Source: a virus
Virus record (IMG/VR): IMGVR_UViG_3300036944_000561
Span: 64,525 to 128,524 of that record
DNA: 64,000 nucleotides
Direction: 5' to 3' (one strand)
Part shown: positions 36,880 to 47,209 of the stretch, piece by piece
Position numbering within the stretch: position 1 is the stretch's first letter
Layout: each line of letters starts with the position of its first letter
The notes under the pieces: generated by a model
The model's input: only the letters and a program-made list of their open reading frames with translations
What the model was told of the DNA's origin: nothing
The model's database searches: none
Translations under genes and position numbers: made by a program

Positions 36880-37675
36880 GAAGTAGCCCCATAATATCTC
36901 TCCAGTTATAAAGATCATCCAAATCAACAGAAAAGTCTATATGATAACTTTTCAACGGAAATTGATTTGTATCTTCTTTGTTTGGATTGGCCGAATACAT
37001 TCCCTTGTCTTCGATTCCGGTATTCGGATCATATATCGACCAAGAATCATCATGACAAACTATCAGAATTTGGTGATTCATCCCTCTGATATTCAATGAT
37101 GGGACGGTTACGAATGAAACTGTCTCTTCGTCGAAAATTTGAGTGTGGTAGAATGGAAGAGCTGTTCTTTTTCTCAGATATTCTTCAATACCGATTTCGT
37201 GTTTTTGATATTGATCACGAAATTCTTCCATAACAATATCAATAGAAAGTCCAGTCATCATCGATATGCAAGCAGACACGCAAGAAGTATCTGTTGGTTG
37301 TGTCACCACTCTGAATAATTTTTCAAATTTTTCTTCAGCCAACGATGTTTCTAAATTGTATGTCTTTGAAAGTTTCCGGGTGCTTCTAGACAATAACCCT
37401 TCAACAATTTCAATAGCATCTTGACCAGTGGTTTCTTTCTCGTGTTTGAGATTTCTGAACATATAGTCCAAACACGCGACAGCGACATCACTGCATTTCA
37501 TAATGTCGATTTCGCCATCATCGTTCTGGCCAACAAGAGTAGAACGAAACTCTATCATCCTATCAAGAATTGTAGAAGATATATCTTTCGCTGTTCGATT
37601 GTCAGTGATAAGATTGGAAATCAATTCGATTTTTTCAATCGGGGACCAACCATCGGTTTTGATTTCTTCAGTCAT
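36869..37675 (-). CDS. Peptidase C39-like domain protein
   Basis: QPTDTSCVSAC, NHQILI and YDPN. Confidence 0.65.
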   Translation of the reverse strand: MTEEIKTDGWSPIEKIELISNLITDNRTAKDISSTILDRMIEFRSTLVGQNDDGEIDIMKCSDVAVACLDYMFRNLKHEKETTGQDAIEIVEGLLSRSTRKLSKTYNLETSLAEEKFEKLFRVVTQPTDTSCVSACISMMTGLSIDIVMEEFRDQYQKHEIGIEEYLRKRTALPFYHTQIFDEETVSFVTVPSLNIRGMNHQILIVCHDDSWSIYDPNTGIEDKGMYSANPNKEDTNQFPLKSYHIDFSVDLDDLYNWRDIMGLLHAE

Positions 37676-38309
37676 TTTGAGTTCCCATGAAATTTCGGGC
37701 GGCATTTTGTATTCTCAACCAATCTACCGCAGCATCATACCGGGGATCATGATATACAACTCCTGCCATCTTACGAATATCCATTCCACCATATCGCCCG
37801 GTTCCCCAAGCCTTTAGAGTTGATACAACATCGATGATATTATGATAATCCCAAGGATGTCTTTCGTGTAATGAAACTTCGATGATATGCTGTAGTTTTC
37901 TCATATCAAAAAGATTTCTATCACAATGAATTACTTTGAAAGGTTCGAATGGAATCTTGTGTGCCCACTTGACATATTCTGTGGCAAAGTCACGAACAGA
38001 TCGGTCTCTAGTGATGTCCGGATAATACGACATCTTTCTGGCTTCATCGGTCACTTTGCTCTTGTCATTCCACCAAGAAACTGTTCCTTTGTCAACCTTA
38101 CGATGTAATTCTTTGATCTGTTCCTTGGCATCAAATTTCATGAAGAATGTTCGTTCTTCAATCAATTGTTCTAGGCTTAGATCTTCTTTCAAATCACCAT
38201 ATGTCAGGGCAGCAGACAGGACGACTGCATCGTCCCATCTGTCTAGGGTTTCAGTATCTGCAACTACAAGTTCAGTTGTAGTTTCCAACAGTTGAAGTTC
38301 AAATCCCAT
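37668..38309 (-). CDS. dexA: DexA-like 3'-5' exonuclease
   Basis: ADTETL...VLS, FD, and HDPRYDAAVD. Confidence 0.8.
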   Translation of the reverse strand: MGFELQLLETTTELVVADTETLDRWDDAVVLSAALTYGDLKEDLSLEQLIEERTFFMKFDAKEQIKELHRKVDKGTVSWWNDKSKVTDEARKMSYYPDITRDRSVRDFATEYVKWAHKIPFEPFKVIHCDRNLFDMRKLQHIIEVSLHERHPWDYHNIIDVVSTLKAWGTGRYGGMDIRKMAGVVYHDPRYDAAVDWLRIQNAARNFMGTQND

Positions 38310-38312
38310 AGT

Positions 38313-38681
38313 CTACTTCTTCCGGAAAATTGCGTTGAAGGTTTGTTCGAAAATATCTTGAGAGAATAAGTTGTGTGATTTGAGTCTAGCTTTCAACAAA
38401 TCTGAGAAATCATACAATTTCTCAATTTTTGAAATTCTCTCTTTTCTTTCTTCACATGAATGAACAATCAAAGTAACATCAAAACCATTGGATGAAATTT
38501 CCACCCAATTTTCACCATCCTTCATTTCTTCACCCAAGTTTTCTTTCGTAATTGTTGATGAAGAATCGATCAGATGAAGCGAATAATCTTCGCACACTGC
38601 TACCAACGGAATTGAAAACAATTCCACAGTTTTCCCGGCTTCGGTTGTTACCATAATTGTTTCTTTCTTAGTGCATTTCAT
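38313..38681 (-). CDS. Hypothetical protein
   Basis: Co-directional ORF with an ATGA overlap. Confidence 0.5.
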   Translation of the reverse strand: MKCTKKETIMVTTEAGKTVELFSIPLVAVCEDYSLHLIDSSSTITKENLGEEMKDGENWVEISSNGFDVTLIVHSCEERKERISKIEKLYDFSDLLKARLKSHNLFSQDIFEQTFNAIFRKK

Positions 38682-39094
38682 TTTGTTTTCCTCATGGTTT
38701 CTTCAAATATTGTTATAACGTCACCAGTTGTTTTGATATTTGGGTTTTCTTCAAGAATATTAACAAGACAAGAAAACCCTTTCAATCTTTTGATTAAGTC
38801 TTCGGGAATATAAGAGCATAAAAGAGCTCCCATCATAGCACTAGAACCAAACTCTGATTCATCTAACATAGCGAATGCTGTCATGAATAAATCAGTTGGG
38901 TCAATAAATTTTGCTATCGCGGTAGTGTTGAACCACAATTTATTGTCAGAATAGCTGACACATTCGATGTTGTCCGAACAAATCTTTACAATTCTTGGTT
39001 CATCCGTTATAGCTATGATGGGGGTTTCTCCCAACACTATTTCGCAACCATCTTCTTTGGATACCGTAAATGTTTCTCTAACTTTGATTTTCAT
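38678..39094 (-). CDS. Hypothetical protein
   Basis: Co-directional ORF. Confidence 0.5.
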   Translation of the reverse strand: MKIKVRETFTVSKEDGCEIVLGETPIIAITDEPRIVKICSDNIECVSYSDNKLWFNTTAIAKFIDPTDLFMTAFAMLDESEFGSSAMMGALLCSYIPEDLIKRLKGFSCLVNILEENPNIKTTGDVITIFEETMRKTK

Positions 39095-39097
39095 TTT

Positions 39098-39424
39098 TTA
39101 CTCCCAAACCTTAAATCCTATGATTATCATCAAAAACTGAAAACAGATGAAAATCACATTTAATATCAACGAAACTAAGGATACTATCACACTAACAATC
39201 GAAAAACAAATTGCTTCCCGTTTATTCTGGTGAGATTCATATTCTTTAATGGTTGTTCTGACTAACAAACTGCACAATAGGAACATCAAGAAGCACCATT
39301 GAAGAAATCCCCGGCCAATAGATGTATACCAATCTTCAAAGGATGATACAAATTTTGAACCAGTGAGTTGGGCGGTATCGTACTCGCTAAATGCAAACTG
39401 TATTGTTTTTAGAAATTCATTCAT
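39098..39424 (-). CDS. Membrane protein
   Basis: Two to three hydrophobic segments. Confidence 0.5.
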   Translation of the reverse strand: MNEFLKTIQFAFSEYDTAQLTGSKFVSSFEDWYTSIGRGFLQWCFLMFLLCSLLVRTTIKEYESHQNKREAICFSIVSVIVSLVSLILNVIFICFQFLMIIIGFKVWE

Positions 39425-39954
39425 CTTGTGAACCTCACACAGTGTTTGAGATATTTTGCCTTTTTCAATATATCTTTAAGATATTGTTGTCCCTGATTAT
39501 ACCGCCAAGACTTTCCGGCGTTATATGCCGCAATGGCATTGTGTTTATTCCCAAGGCGATTCTCCCAATATATGAGTTCTTCCTTGGCAAGAGCTGCCGA
39601 AAATTTGAAATCTTTCAGCAATTTGGTTTTCACTTTACGACATGTTCTTGGGGAATCACATCCCCGGCGTGAAGCTGCTGTCCTCATCAAGATTTGGAAT
39701 GGCCCATAACTTTTCATGTCCCATTCTTCACTATCTGATCTGTACAAGTTCACCCCGGCGCTGGATTCTTTCCAAACAATAGCTGCTAAGGTATAGCCGT
39801 TCTCCAGTGTTTCTGCTTCATCGAATGCTCCCTGAAGCGTCCAAAGTTGATTCAGGGAGAAATCCACGTTACAACTACTTTCGGCGGAATACGATGGTTG
39901 GAGAAGGCTCATGAACAGCAGTAGGATCATACTGATTCGGGTTGTCATGAGCAT
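39421..39954 (-). CDS. SLT-family lytic transglycosylase with a signal peptide
   Basis: AAIVWKESS, YGPFQI and AIAAYNAG. Confidence 0.85.
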   Translation of the reverse strand: MLMTTRISMILLLFMSLLQPSYSAESSCNVDFSLNQLWTLQGAFDEAETLENGYTLAAIVWKESSAGVNLYRSDSEEWDMKSYGPFQILMRTAASRRGCDSPRTCRKVKTKLLKDFKFSAALAKEELIYWENRLGNKHNAIAAYNAGKSWRYNQGQQYLKDILKKAKYLKHCVRFTR

Positions 39955-39964
39955 TGCCCTCTTT

Positions 39965-40405
39965 CTATTTGAATATCATTCCATTAACGATATTGGTTAC
40001 CGTCGATGGTTTGAGTTGTTTGGTATGCTTGCTAACGAAATTTTCTTGAGAATGTAAGAAATTTCTATTCCCGTTTCGTTTGGCTCTTTCAGCATTTCGT
40101 TTGGCTTTCTTCATCGACTTCTTGCGACGACGTTCAGCCTCACGGTCTAACACCCGGCGCTCAGCTTCTTGGATGCTTGCTGAGACTTGATTGACGATTG
40201 ATACATCCCATACTCCCTTGATCACATCAAAATCTTTGAGAGCACGTCTGAGAGTTGATTCAGAAAATCGAAACTTTTCTTCTATTCCTTGAGTTTCAAA
40301 CATAACGCAGAATTTGGAATAAACGTCTGACACTTTGGTTTCATTTGTGAAATCTTTGAAGACCAAGCGTTCACCAGTTTTCATGGATAAAATTAAATCT
40401 TTCAT
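39965..40405 (-). CDS. Basic hypothetical protein
   Basis: K/R-rich C-terminal half. Confidence 0.5.
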   Translation of the reverse strand: MKDLILSMKTGERLVFKDFTNETKVSDVYSKFCVMFETQGIEEKFRFSESTLRRALKDFDVIKGVWDVSIVNQVSASIQEAERRVLDREAERRRKKSMKKAKRNAERAKRNGNRNFLHSQENFVSKHTKQLKPSTVTNIVNGMIFK

Positions 40406-40716
40406 AATATAAGACTCAAAATGATAGGAGTGAACAACAACCCGGTGATACCTAGTATCGCACCCAACGCAAACAACGCAGCACCGATTCTAAAACGAAA
40501 ATAATCTGAATAGAAACAACTCCATTCCTGTGTAACAGGATCAATTGCTCCCACTTCTTCTCCACATTTTGAGCATTTGATAATATCGTGAGGAGTTCCG
40601 TATACGAAATCTTCAACACCATGTTGTCTTATAAACTTGGTTTCTAAACAATTGGTGCAACGCTTTGGAGAGTCATCCTTTTCGAAGAAAATATTTTGAA
40701 TTTTGTCTATCAACAT
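40402..40716 (-). CDS. Zn-finger membrane protein
   Basis: CTNC, CSKC and a C-terminal TM segment. Confidence 0.55.
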   Translation of the reverse strand: MLIDKIQNIFFEKDDSPKRCTNCLETKFIRQHGVEDFVYGTPHDIIKCSKCGEEVGAIDPVTQEWSCFYSDYFRFRIGAALFALGAILGITGLLFTPIILSLIL

Positions 40717-40717
40717 T

Positions 40718-41062
40718 TTATTCTCCCGGTATATCGTATTGAATCTTCGTAATCGGCATCCCTCGTGAATCTTTCAGATCAAAAACACAAACAACATTAG
40801 AAAGGCGAGAACATAATTCTTCAACAATTTGTTTCCAATCTTCCGAAGCAATAATAGTAACTACTCCTTCATTGTACACGCCCATGAAGTGAAGTTCACC
40901 CCCATTTGCTTTGAAAATTTTGTTACGTTTTAGAACACAAGCAGAATTTTCACCAGCAGCTGTCAAAATCTTCCAAGGAGTTTCCTTTATCGCCAATGTA
41001 ACACTGAATTGAGAAAAATCATATTCGGATAAATTCTCTATTAATTCTTCTATTGATTGCAT
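40718..41062 (-). CDS. Hypothetical protein
   Basis: Co-directional ORF. Confidence 0.5.
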   Translation of the reverse strand: MQSIEELIENLSEYDFSQFSVTLAIKETPWKILTAAGENSACVLKRNKIFKANGGELHFMGVYNEGVVTIIASEDWKQIVEELCSRLSNVVCVFDLKDSRGMPITKIQYDIPGE

Positions 41063-41075
41063 ATGACCTTCTTAT

Positions 41076-41105
41076 AAAAATTCGCCGCTAGTGGTTAGCG
41101 GCGAA
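41076..41105 (-). terminator. Rho-independent terminator
   Basis: TTCGCCGCTA/TAGCGGCGAA 10-bp stem with a U tract on the minus strand. Confidence 0.8.
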
Positions 41106-41116
41106 TACAATGAAAT

Positions 41117-41623
41117 CTATTTCAACCCATGAACAATTTCATGTTCTTGCATGTTTCGAATTTTGGCGTACTGCACGCGTTCTTTTACAACTTCGAAGCG
41201 AGGTTTGATGGCATCAGCGTCAAGACCTTTCTTCGGGAAGAACATAACATTGAACAAACCATCTTTCTTCAATGGTGTTACTTGAATTCGGCCTTCTTCA
41301 ACTTTCAGAGTGGCATAACACGCAGTGGTGTCTTGTTTGAATTCTGTTTCAACCCCGATTGCTTTCAATTCAGCCATCAGATGACGTAGAGACTCAGTAA
41401 CATCAACCAAGCCACGATTTTCAGAAGCTTTTGGCAGTGTATCTATTTCTTTCAGAACATAACCACATGCTTCCTTGGTTTTTCCTGTCAGCAATTTGAT
41501 GAAAGAAGTTCTTCCGATTTCAGCACCCTTGGCGCAAACGTTGCGATGCATTTCAGAATTTGTGTCACCGGAAATAACGATAGCGATGTTGGTAGCGATG
41601 TTTACAAGGTTCAAAGTTTTCAT
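41117..41623 (-). CDS. Early hypothetical protein
   Basis: GAGG SD; monocistronic between a promoter and a terminator. Confidence 0.65.
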   Translation of the reverse strand: MKTLNLVNIATNIAIVISGDTNSEMHRNVCAKGAEIGRTSFIKLLTGKTKEACGYVLKEIDTLPKASENRGLVDVTESLRHLMAELKAIGVETEFKQDTTACYATLKVEEGRIQVTPLKKDGLFNVMFFPKKGLDADAIKPRFEVVKERVQYAKIRNMQEHEIVHGLK

Positions 41624-41678
41624 GGTAATATCCTCTTGGGTTCAAATTATGAGTGGTATCGTTCACTCGATGATTACC

Positions 41679-41707
41679 ATTATACGCCCGAAGTTCACAA
41701 AGTAAAC
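41679..41707 (-). promoter_or_regulatory. Early promoter GTTTAC-N17-TATAAT
   Basis: Exact T4-early -35 element with an AT-rich UP tract. Confidence 0.85.
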
Positions 41708-41734
41708 TGAAATTTTAAAATTTTTCAATAATTT

Positions 41735-42151
41735 TTAAAATCCAATGAACTTCAATAATTTACGCCACCATGTTACCGGAGGTTCAACTGAATCAGCTGT
41801 CGGAGTTGTGTCTATAGGTTCACCAGAAATCGCCATTTCTCGACTTGTGCTGGTTTCCCAAGGTTGAATTTCTTCAACCATTATGACGAATTGACCCCAA
41901 GTGGCTTTGTACTGCAATACAACTCCCGCATCGGTCAATTTACCCGCATCGGATCGTTTCAGATCAATTCGATATAACCCGGTGCGACTTGGTAAATCTG
42001 GAACATGTTCTTTCAGTACCCGATATATTGCCGAAACTGTGCTTCCTGGGGTTGGTTCATGTATGACAAGAGTCTGATTAGACTTCATCACATAAACACG
42101 ATAAGCGACATTTGGTTGTTGTACAAAATCATTCAATACTTTACTGTTCAT
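41735..42151 (-). CDS. Hypothetical protein
   Basis: GAGG SD before MNSKV. Confidence 0.5.
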   Translation of the reverse strand: MNSKVLNDFVQQPNVAYRVYVMKSNQTLVIHEPTPGSTVSAIYRVLKEHVPDLPSRTGLYRIDLKRSDAGKLTDAGVVLQYKATWGQFVIMVEEIQPWETSTSREMAISGEPIDTTPTADSVEPPVTWWRKLLKFIGF

Positions 42152-43166
42152 CGTCTTCGTTTTCCTCTTCGATTTCACTATTGTAGACATCGTCAAAAAG
42201 GTGAAGCTCCTTTTCAGTCAAAAATTCTTTGTTGAAAGTGAGCGCCTTTTTAGCGAATTTTACACCCGCAACATATGTTGCAATCGCTTGCTCTGTTGGA
42301 AGTTTGTTTCCATTCTGAGCAAGATATCCTTTGATCCGTCTCAATGCTTTTGTTTCTAATTGGCGAATTCGTTCTCTTGTGAGTTTTAGAATTGCACCAA
42401 TTTCTTCAAGAGTCTGGTTGTTTGAATCAAACAACCCGAACCTTCTAATCATGATGAAACGTTCTTTGGGTGGTAGAATATGCAATAATCCGGTTAATAT
42501 TTTTTCTATCTGTTCTTGATGAATAGATTCTTCCATAATAGCCGTGAAATCTTCTGAGGATATAAGATTGTGTAATTCCTCACCATCTTCTCCATCAGCC
42601 CCCTCGGATTCTTTATCCAAAGAAATAAGAGGCTTGAAAAAGTGTTGGCAAATCAACAAAAATGTCATCTCTGATTCATCGGGAACCAACTCATGAAATT
42701 CTTCATACGTTATTTTGGCCAGAGTCTTCTTGGTATGTAACTCTGAATTGAAAAATTGTTTGGTCAATGTTCTTAGGGTAGCCCAAACGTGAACAGGGAT
42801 CTTGATATCAGAATGGTCTGTCATCACACCCCGGTCAATAGATTGCATGACCCACCAGTTGGCATACGTTAGAAAACTCAGGCCTCTTTCATATTCAAAT
42901 TTTTGAATAGATGTCACAAGACCCAGCATACCATATTGAATCATGTCTTCTACATCAATGGTTCGTGACTTTGAATGATACATGCGATAAGCAATGTTCT
43001 TTACGAAAAAAGAACATTCAACAATAACGCGATCCATTGCCTTCCTGTCGCCTTGTTGTGCCTTATGAGCGAGTTCAGCCAATTCTCTGGAACCAATTCT
43101 AATGAATTGCTCATTGCCTGTCACTGCTCTATAGTTCCTTGAGTATGTATCATCAACCCTGGGCAT
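42141..43166 (-). CDS. RpoD/RpoS-like sigma70 factor (regions 2-4)
   Basis: DMIQYGMLGLVTSIQKFE..RG..FLTYANWW, ISLD and TLEEIG....TRERIRQLE.KAL. Confidence 0.92.
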   Translation of the reverse strand: MPRVDDTYSRNYRAVTGNEQFIRIGSRELAELAHKAQQGDRKAMDRVIVECSFFVKNIAYRMYHSKSRTIDVEDMIQYGMLGLVTSIQKFEYERGLSFLTYANWWVMQSIDRGVMTDHSDIKIPVHVWATLRTLTKQFFNSELHTKKTLAKITYEEFHELVPDESEMTFLLICQHFFKPLISLDKESEGADGEDGEELHNLISSEDFTAIMEESIHQEQIEKILTGLLHILPPKERFIMIRRFGLFDSNNQTLEEIGAILKLTRERIRQLETKALRRIKGYLAQNGNKLPTEQAIATYVAGVKFAKKALTFNKEFLTEKELHLFDDVYNSEIEEENEDDEQ

Positions 43167-43240
43167 CGGAATACGTCGCAACATATTTATCTCTATTCAA
43201 TTTTGATTGGATTTATTATGGCTCAAAAAGTTTCAATAAC

Positions 43241-43269
43241 AACCCCTGAGATGTTTATTCTCAGGGGTT
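43241..43269. terminator. Hairpin between gp46 and the sigma gene
   Basis: AACCCCTGAG/CTCAGGGGTT 10-bp stem. Confidence 0.65.
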
Positions 43270-43281
43270 CTCAAACGGATT

Positions 43282-46035
43282 CTAGAGGACTGTAGTAAAC
43301 CCTCCTCGTAATCCATAGCTGATAGTGTGATTAAAGTGCTCTGTAAATTCGGCGGCTCTTTGGGATACTACAAAGATGTTCATGTCAGTAAATTTTTGTT
43401 TGATCATCTCCGTTACTTCGCGAACCCCTCTTTCTGAAAGTGCTTCCAAGATTTCATCTAGAACCAACAAGTTGGTATTCACAGATGATTTCAAATTAGC
43501 CACATCCCTCAGGGCAAACAACACAGACAAATTCATTCGAGCCAATTGACCTTTACTTAATGAAAATGTGGTCTGTCCCTTTCTGTCCGGTGATGTAAAT
43601 TCAACATCAAAGTTTTCATTCATCTTGAAACCGACAAACAAGTTCATGGCTTCCAAGTATTCGTTGACCTTTGAATTTAGATAAGGAAGATATGCTTTGA
43701 TGATCTCAGCTTTTGCTGCTTTGTCTCCCAACTCATCAACGATGAATGATATTGAAGATCGTTCTTGAGTCAGATTGTCAAGTTTTTCATCAAGATTCTT
43801 GATAACAGACTCTAATGACTTGATCTTTGTTTTTGAATCGGCACTCTTTGTATTAACTTCCTGAAGAATAGAAGCGATTCTTGTCTTGGTATTTTCAATT
43901 TGTTTCTCAAGATTAGAAATCTGATCTTTAGAACGTTGAACATCAGAATGGTGTTTGTGTGTTACCTCAGACAATTCAGTTTTTAATTTATTAGATGTTG
44001 AAACGATATCCTGAGTTGCTTCACCAATAGCAACTTTCAATTCCTTATCAGTATTGTCTATCAATGTTCTGGCTTTTGCAATGGTATCCGAAAATTGGCT
44101 TTTAACAGCATATCTGTCCTTCTCAAGATCTGCTTCTAATCCATGCAAATTTTCTTTCAGTAAATCCATTGCTTCTCGATGTTTTTCAGAAAGTTCTAAC
44201 AATTTAGCCTTGGAGGTAGTTTTGAAATTTTCTATCTGAGAATTGATCGAAGCTTTCATATTATGGACTTCGATATCAATAATATTTTCAACTTTCTGCC
44301 GAGTAGACTCGAGAATGTTCTTGGCTTCTATTTGCAACTTCCCTATCTCATTGTTCATATTTGAAATAGAGATTTTCAATCGTTCTACCACTTCGGTGGA
44401 TTTGGTGATATTGGCTTCAGAGTTATCAAACATGGTTTGAAGTTCACTGGCTTCAACACACAACCGATCACTTTCTTCAATATTTTCAGACATCTTCCTA
44501 GCGTTGTCATCATATTCTGGTTGTAGTAGACCTTTGATCTCATCTATAGCTGCCGCATCAACCAATCGACCACAAGTCGGACAATTTCCTATGTGCTCTA
44601 GAGAACTCAACTTTGAATCCAATTTTTCTTTATCAGCGTTCAGCGTCTTTCTTTGTTCGGAAACAGAAATCTGTTTCGCTTTGCAAACATCTATCCGTCT
44701 GAGAAGTTCTTTTTGTTCTCCTTGTTCAAAAGACAAATGAAACTGTTCTTTTTCGAGATTTTCGCTGGCTTCTATAGCATCACCAGTGATTTCTCTGATT
44801 TTTTCGTTTAAGGCATCGGCAGAATGATTGATTTCATCTTCTTTCTCAGAACGAATTTTGTTCCGGTACTCCTCACATTCGGAATCAATCGTCTTCTGCT
44901 GTTCTAACAACATAGCATATTGTTGAGACAACGAAGACTTTTCAATATTGGTTTCGGTAGCATGTTCTTCTGCCAGTTTTTCAATAGTAGACTTGACATC
45001 AGAAATAGCTCCACCATAATTGTGTTCGATATCTTCCAAGGCTTCTGAAAGATTGTGTTCTGCTTCTTGTAGTTCCTTCTTGGCGATGTCGACTTTCTCT
45101 TTGAATTCTTCACGAACCGATTGTTCTATTTGTAAGATTTGGGAATCCAACTCCTGAAGAGTTTTCTTAAGAGGAACAATGTTTTCCTGGTATGATTTTT
45201 CAATCTCTGGAATTTGCTGGGTTAAAGCGTTTATCTCGACTTCATACTCGGCAATGTCATCTTGTCCTTGACCGACATACACCATCTTTGATTCAATTTC
45301 TTCAAGAACTTGTTTGGAATATTCAAGCTCAGATGTTTTAGAATCAAATTCAATCTCTGTTTCACTATACAATCGGGCGATGATAGCCAGTTTCTTCTTG
45401 GCTAGATCCAACATGATTGGGAAGATAGCCATATCCCAAATGGTTTCGACCACGTGACGACGACTAGGAGCATCCATTTCAATGAATGGTACAAATTTAT
45501 CCGTTCCCAGAACAATCACGTTTTCAATAATCTTTGAATCGAATCCAAGAAGACTTTCAAGATACTTCTGTTGATCTCCCATTGCGGCATCAGCTGGGAT
45601 GAGATTCCACCCGGCTTCTTCAAGACGGAATATTTCAAAGACTGATGGCTTATACCCCCGGCGAACCATCCACGTCGAACCTTTGGTGTTGAATTCTAAT
45701 TCTACAATACAATCTTTCTTAGTTGAAGAATTCACCAAGGCTGCAATCTTTTCCTTGGGCGCGTACGGGCGACCTGTCATGGCAAAATAGGGTGCCCAGA
45801 TTGCCAGTGTAGATTTACCGGATCCGTTATCATCAGAAACAATCAAGGTTGATTTACTACGAATGAAATCAATCTCCATAAAATTGTTACCGATACTCCT
45901 GAAATTCTTAGCACGACATTTCAAGAATGTAATCTTGTTGCTCACCGCTTTGTCACCGAGACCGAACGGGGCATCAGAGGATTCTTCTGGAGCTGTTTCA
46001 AGCATTTTCAGAAAATCGTCTAGATTCTCACTCAT
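43282..46035 (-). CDS. gp46: Recombination ATPase gp46 (Rad50/SbcC) with a very long coiled coil
   Basis: NFRSIGN, NGSGKST, CPTCG hook, LSKGQ signature and VLDE; 917 aa. Confidence 0.92.
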   Translation of the reverse strand: MSENLDDFLKMLETAPEESSDAPFGLGDKAVSNKITFLKCRAKNFRSIGNNFMEIDFIRSKSTLIVSDDNGSGKSTLAIWAPYFAMTGRPYAPKEKIAALVNSSTKKDCIVELEFNTKGSTWMVRRGYKPSVFEIFRLEEAGWNLIPADAAMGDQQKYLESLLGFDSKIIENVIVLGTDKFVPFIEMDAPSRRHVVETIWDMAIFPIMLDLAKKKLAIIARLYSETEIEFDSKTSELEYSKQVLEEIESKMVYVGQGQDDIAEYEVEINALTQQIPEIEKSYQENIVPLKKTLQELDSQILQIEQSVREEFKEKVDIAKKELQEAEHNLSEALEDIEHNYGGAISDVKSTIEKLAEEHATETNIEKSSLSQQYAMLLEQQKTIDSECEEYRNKIRSEKEDEINHSADALNEKIREITGDAIEASENLEKEQFHLSFEQGEQKELLRRIDVCKAKQISVSEQRKTLNADKEKLDSKLSSLEHIGNCPTCGRLVDAAAIDEIKGLLQPEYDDNARKMSENIEESDRLCVEASELQTMFDNSEANITKSTEVVERLKISISNMNNEIGKLQIEAKNILESTRQKVENIIDIEVHNMKASINSQIENFKTTSKAKLLELSEKHREAMDLLKENLHGLEADLEKDRYAVKSQFSDTIAKARTLIDNTDKELKVAIGEATQDIVSTSNKLKTELSEVTHKHHSDVQRSKDQISNLEKQIENTKTRIASILQEVNTKSADSKTKIKSLESVIKNLDEKLDNLTQERSSISFIVDELGDKAAKAEIIKAYLPYLNSKVNEYLEAMNLFVGFKMNENFDVEFTSPDRKGQTTFSLSKGQLARMNLSVLFALRDVANLKSSVNTNLLVLDEILEALSERGVREVTEMIKQKFTDMNIFVVSQRAAEFTEHFNHTISYGLRGGFTTVL

Positions 46036-47165
46036 GACAATTTCTCCATATTCATAGCAGTAGAATGAATCTCCTGCATCATTGTTATCGTTTTCGGTTT
46101 GTCAATGTTAGCCTCAGATTTTTGTATCCGGGTGGTCAGCACTTCCAAAATGTCGGTGTGTAGTGTTTCCTCGCTAACATCAACAGACTCTGAGGAGCCT
46201 TCTGACTCACTTGATGTTGTTTCTTGTACGGTCTTATCAATGGTCATATAATCGATCGTCTGAGAGGCTCTGAGAGCGTTACAGAAGTCATTATAATGAC
46301 GAGTGTTGTCCCTATTCATGACAATCACTTGTACAATTCGGTTTTTAAACCCAAAATCATTTTCAAGACAGTGGGGTTCTTTGAGTTTCAACATCATTTC
46401 ATTATTGTTTTCGATATTCTTCCAATCATAGATGAACAATTTGAACAACGTTTTGTCATCTGAGTTCTGAACAAATTCTACTTCATCGGTGTCTGTGTCA
46501 AGGATCCAAAATCCCCGCTTGTCCGGGTAATCTTGCCAGGTTAGATGATACGGGGTTCCGATGTATGTGATATTCCCTGACTGAGATATTGTGTGGTAAT
46601 GACCACTGAATACGTGTTTGAATTTCTTCAAGGTAGAAAGTTCAATCTGTCCTTCTTCGGAGATTGAATTCCTGTACATAGGAAACCCGGCCAATTCTAA
46701 ATGGGCAATGGCATATTTGGCATCAGTCGAAGCGATATGCGCAATGGTTCTTTCATAATTGTCTTTGTTGATCCAAGGAATCATGCAGAACTTTACACCG
46801 TTGATTTCAACATCAGTTGGTTCCTGATATGATTTAATAAAATCCATAGACATTCTTTCAATCACCTTGGTCCATGAAATTTTATTTGAATCTCGTAACG
46901 CGATATCGTGGTTTCCAGTCAAAATATGACCTGAGATGCCATATTCAAGATGAAAATCAACAAAATCGTTCATGATGAAATCCATATCATGAGCATTTAT
47001 CGCTTTTCTGACATCACATATATCCCCGGCCTGAATGTATGTGTTCAAATCGTGTTCGGCAAGATATTCAAAGAAATTTGAAAGATAGTCTTTGATGAAT
47101 TCACGAACATGAGGATCAGAACCTCTAGCTCCAATGTGAAGATCACCAATCAATGGAATTTTCAT
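46032..47165 (-). CDS. gp47: Recombination nuclease gp47 (Mre11/SbcD)
   Basis: GDLH, AGD, GNHD, HLE and SGHYH. Confidence 0.92.
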   Translation of the reverse strand: MKIPLIGDLHIGARGSDPHVREFIKDYLSNFFEYLAEHDLNTYIQAGDICDVRKAINAHDMDFIMNDFVDFHLEYGISGHILTGNHDIALRDSNKISWTKVIERMSMDFIKSYQEPTDVEINGVKFCMIPWINKDNYERTIAHIASTDAKYAIAHLELAGFPMYRNSISEEGQIELSTLKKFKHVFSGHYHTISQSGNITYIGTPYHLTWQDYPDKRGFWILDTDTDEVEFVQNSDDKTLFKLFIYDWKNIENNNEMMLKLKEPHCLENDFGFKNRIVQVIVMNRDNTRHYNDFCNALRASQTIDYMTIDKTVQETTSSESEGSSESVDVSEETLHTDILEVLTTRIQKSEANIDKPKTITMMQEIHSTAMNMEKLS

Positions 47166-47209
47166 AGTTGAGTCCTAAATTAGAATGAACTCAACCATTA
47201 TACTGATTT

